A stretch of DNA of 56,025 bases, filler included, from Dugesia japonica (Eukaryota), in NCBI GenBank assembly GCA_001938525.1. It is 6 parts of 6 records of this genome, joined end to end, with 100 filler letters (N's around TTAATTAATTAA, not from the genome) between each part and the next. Parts side by side here need not be neighbours in the genome. Positions count along the whole stretch, not along the records: positions 46,870 to 56,025 come from MQRL01265305.1; 5 more parts are not named here. The stretch is one strand, 5' to 3'. Under the pieces are notes generated by a model, which saw only the letters and a list, made by a program, of their open reading frames with translations, was not told the DNA's origin and did no database searches. Shown here one piece after another: positions 52,700 through 56,025 of the stretch (within the stretch, counting starts at the first letter, position 1; each line of letters opens with the position of its first letter). The position numbers and the translations under genes were made by a program.

Positions 52700-53500
52700 A
52701 GGTTTATTCATTACGAGTTGAAATACTTTAGTGTATTGGTAAACAAATTTTTTTAATCAAAACTCTTTTATCATCATTCTTTCGTCAAAGCAATGTTTCA
52801 TCCTCTTAAAGCTATATAATTTGCGATTTTAGTCACTGATAAATGAGATTTATTGATTTTTATTTTAGCAGTTAAAATACGACTGGTGTGAGAAGTCGGT
52901 ATCTCTCAATGTTATTCGTTTAGCCTTCACCGATTCCTTTTCGTTAAAAACTATAACATTTAAGTCTTAGACAAATCCATATTTTATATATATTTCTTTT
53001 ATTTTCATCTTTAAATTTACCAACAACAGAATTCGAAAACATCCTATAAAGTTCATTGTTTGTACAATAATTAGAAGTTATTTATTCTTTGTCATAAGTT
53101 CCAATAATCTTTTTAAGAAACTACCGGTGTCACTTGCTACAATATTTATTGTACAACTTTCCTGTTTTCTATACTTTTTAAGCTTTTTTTATTGAAACTG
53201 GTACATCATCAACTTTGACAGATCAAGAACTGCTTAAACAATGAAACGTGGTCAATGCATTTGTCATTATAAGTCAAACGTTTTATAGGTTCATTAAGAG
53301 TCATTAAAGTGGATGCATAACTCATACCGATATGACAAAGAAATTTAGAGGCTCTATATTGTTATGTTGAAACATTTCAGCTAGAAAAAAGACATCTAAT
53401 TTGGGATAAATCATCATAAAATTTAGTTAGTATTTACAAAGAGTAATTTCCCACATTTCCAGAGTTTTTTGATGGAATTCTTTGTTAACTTCTTTCATTA
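52700..53500 (-). mobile_element. Polinton/Maverick (adintovirus-type) protein-primed DNA polymerase B pseudogene, internally deleted
   Basis: Minus strand YPKLDVFFLAEMF, IEPLNFF..GMSY, AVLDLSKLMMYQF, SDTGSF (decayed YTDTDS), VVGKFKDE, ICLR, KAKRI, DDKRVLI. Confidence 0.8.
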
Positions 53501-53739
53501 ATAAAATTATTTACTAGCAATAACCATGCAGATATAAATATTTAGAAATTCTAGAATGGAGCGATTAATTCTTATAGCATTGTCTAGACAATACAAGGAA
53601 ACTATACGTAAAGCTATTTTGAGAGGTGGATATTAAGTTTTAGATACCCCAAAGATAACACTAAACTGTGAAAAAGTCTTGAAATCAAAAGCTATAAGAA
53701 AATTTCCACAGAATCTAGACATTAACTTTAACTTTTAGA

Positions 53740-54110
53740 ATCTCTACTATCACAATAAAAAGGCACAAATTGAAATACAGTTCAGGACAATTTTAGATTT
53801 TTTTTAAAACCGACACTTGAGGAGAGAGAGATAACATATTTGCCAGGTCTTTACCCGAAATAGAATTTACGATGAATGTAACAAACCATAAGACGACTGA
53901 AAAGAGACTGGCTGAGATAGTGAAATTAGTGGAGAAAAAACGGTACGAGTTAGAAGTTTCGGATAGAACTAAAGAAAACATTTCAAAAATGACTACTAGT
54001 AGAGAATTCAAAATAGGATAGAAACACGAAAAAGCGCCAAAACAGATTTGAAGATCCTTATAGAATAATTGAGAAATTACTCGAAAGAAGGTATGGACAG
54101 CGATTAACAT
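53740..54110 (+). mobile_element. Ty3/gypsy integrase C-terminal fragment
   Basis: YHNKKAQIEIQFRTI, LPEIEFTMNVTNHKTTEK..AEIV, REFKIG, RFEDPYRIIEKL. Confidence 0.7.
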
Positions 54111-55049
54111 GAAATATGGTAAAAATTAGTAAGTTTCACAAGAAAGGATATTAATAATTAATAATTTCAGTCAATAAAAAGCGAAATAAATGATTATTAA
54201 GATTTATAATTTCTATTTATCTATTATCATTTTAATCAGTCATCCGTGTTAATTGTGAAATAAATATGACAACAAAAAATTGTTCTGATTTCAAATATAA
54301 ATTTTCATTTGGAGATTATAATTTCAATGTTTGGCTACCGGAAACCAGAAATTCAACAACACTTGTTTTATTATGTAAATTTTTTAATGGGAAATTTCGA
54401 AGATTTATTTAATGAATATCAGTGATTTTTACTTTTGCAAAACTTCAAATATTATTTCAGACAATCTTTTACCAAAGCTATCATCAATATTTTTTAAACT
54501 AAGATTTCTACATAATTTTCTCAAACAACTTACAATCTTTTTAATGTGAAAACTTGAAAATTTCTTAAAACTTTGTTAGTAAAAAACTGGTGAAAAAGAA
54601 AGTCAAAGAAATGACAAAAGCAAACATTAATTACTTTAGGCCAGATTCTGTTCTAGTTTATTAAATATATTAAATAAATTTTTACATAAAAAAATATTTC
54701 TTTTACTAGTTACCTTGTTTTTCTTCAGTTGAAAAAAGGTCAAATATACTTTTATTTAAGATTGGAGATTTCAAATTAAAAGTCAATTACTGACAAAGAC
54801 AAAGTCGATAATTCGAAATACTATCAAAAACTAAAAAAAGAAATAAAAAAAATAGAAAAACAATATTTTCATAGAAGCTTTTAATTTAATACAAANNNNN
54901 NNNNNNNNNNNNNNNNNNNNNNNNNNNNNNNNNNNNNNNNNNNNNNNNNNNNNNNNNNNNNNNNNNNNNNNNNNNNNNNNNNNNNNNNNNNNNNNNNNNN
55001 NNNNNNNNNNNNNNNNNNNNNNNNNNNNNNNNNNNNNNNNNNNNNNNNN

Positions 55050-55500
55050 TTATTTGACATTATATCAATCAAGTAGTTTTTGAAATTGAATGTCTTTCTA
55101 AAAATTGCTTCGGAAGTATATGTCATAAGTTTTTTAGCTGAATTACAAAGTCTACCATTAAGTTTTATTTTGAAATTCTCCACCGTTTTACAATGGAACT
55201 TATTGTTGAGTAACTTACTAATTCTTATACAAGTCTGACTTGTTCTGTGAATTTAGCTCTGTATTGCTAGCTAAATAATTATTAAAAATATTTGTTGGTG
55301 AAACTTTAACAGCTTTATGTATCATTGGAATTTTAAATGGTAAATATAACCAAACCTATCTACAGAATCTTATTACCTAGTACTATTTAATTTTTGGCAG
55401 CAACAGAAAAATCATTTAAATAGTCGTAGAGCTCATAAGGAATCATTAAATCTACTTTCACAGTATAACCGAATGATAAAGAATTGTAAATAAATTTACG
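55050..55500 (-). mobile_element. Second Polinton-type DNA polymerase B fragment (palm/fingers)
   Basis: GYTVKVDLMIPYELYDYLNDFSVA and KLLNNKFHCKTVEN correspond to GYILEVDLEYP..LHD..NDYPLA and KLMNNSxFGKTMEN. Confidence 0.75.
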
Positions 55501-56025
55501 NATCTAAATTAAATTAACAATTTTTACTTAAAAAATTTGTATTTATAAAATTATTAAATAAAAACATAATTTTTTTTCAAAATAAAATTATTTCAATAAT
55601 AAATTTCCAAAATAGAATTCGGTTTGTTCATTATAAATGAATGAAAATAGAGGAAATGAAATATCCATTTTTTGTCCACTATTTCATTAATTTTATTCCC
55701 TTTCATTATTTATTATCCCTTTAATTAGAAATGGCTCTGATATGTTCAGGTTAATTTATATGATAAATTGAAATAGACAATTTAATTAATAAAACATGAC
55801 TTCCATTTAAAATTGAAATTTTATTTAATATCATTTAAACATAAATATTACTATAATTATAAACAAAAAAAAATATAATTATAATTACATTATAATTAAA
55901 AAGATAAAAAATAAAACAATCGTAAATATAGTCGAATATAATTTTGTTTTATAAAGTAATTTAGCAGGAATATCACGAAAGTATTTTATAATTTAGTTAT
56001 TCTTTTTATATTTATCAATTAATAT

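Overview
Very AT-rich eukaryotic (animal-like) genomic DNA with many (AAT)n microsatellites and 44-51-nt GT-AG introns. These traits fit a free-living flatworm (planarian), but that is my inference and is unproven. The window is six sequence blocks joined by five identical artificial 100-nt linkers (44 N + TTAATTAATTAA + 44 N), so adjacency across linkers is not established. Host genes: an intact, intronless and unusually divergent RNA polymerase II second-largest subunit (RPB2, 43159-46629); the first three exons of ERGIC2 lying head-to-head with it; an intact orphan membrane-protein ORF; and two small spliced gene candidates missed by the ORF track (a 31-aa secreted-type micropeptide and a 71-aa protein). 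The rest is mostly decayed mobile DNA: Ty3/gypsy pieces and LTRs, two mariners, a piggyBac, hAT/Buster MITEs with perfect 8-bp TSDs, Penelope-like remnants, Polinton/adintovirus-type DNA polymerase fragments, a foldback-like element, a miniature TBP-like pseudogene, and a high-copy short repeat carrying a minimal hammerhead-ribozyme motif, once as a head-to-head palindrome. All translations and alignments were done by eye.
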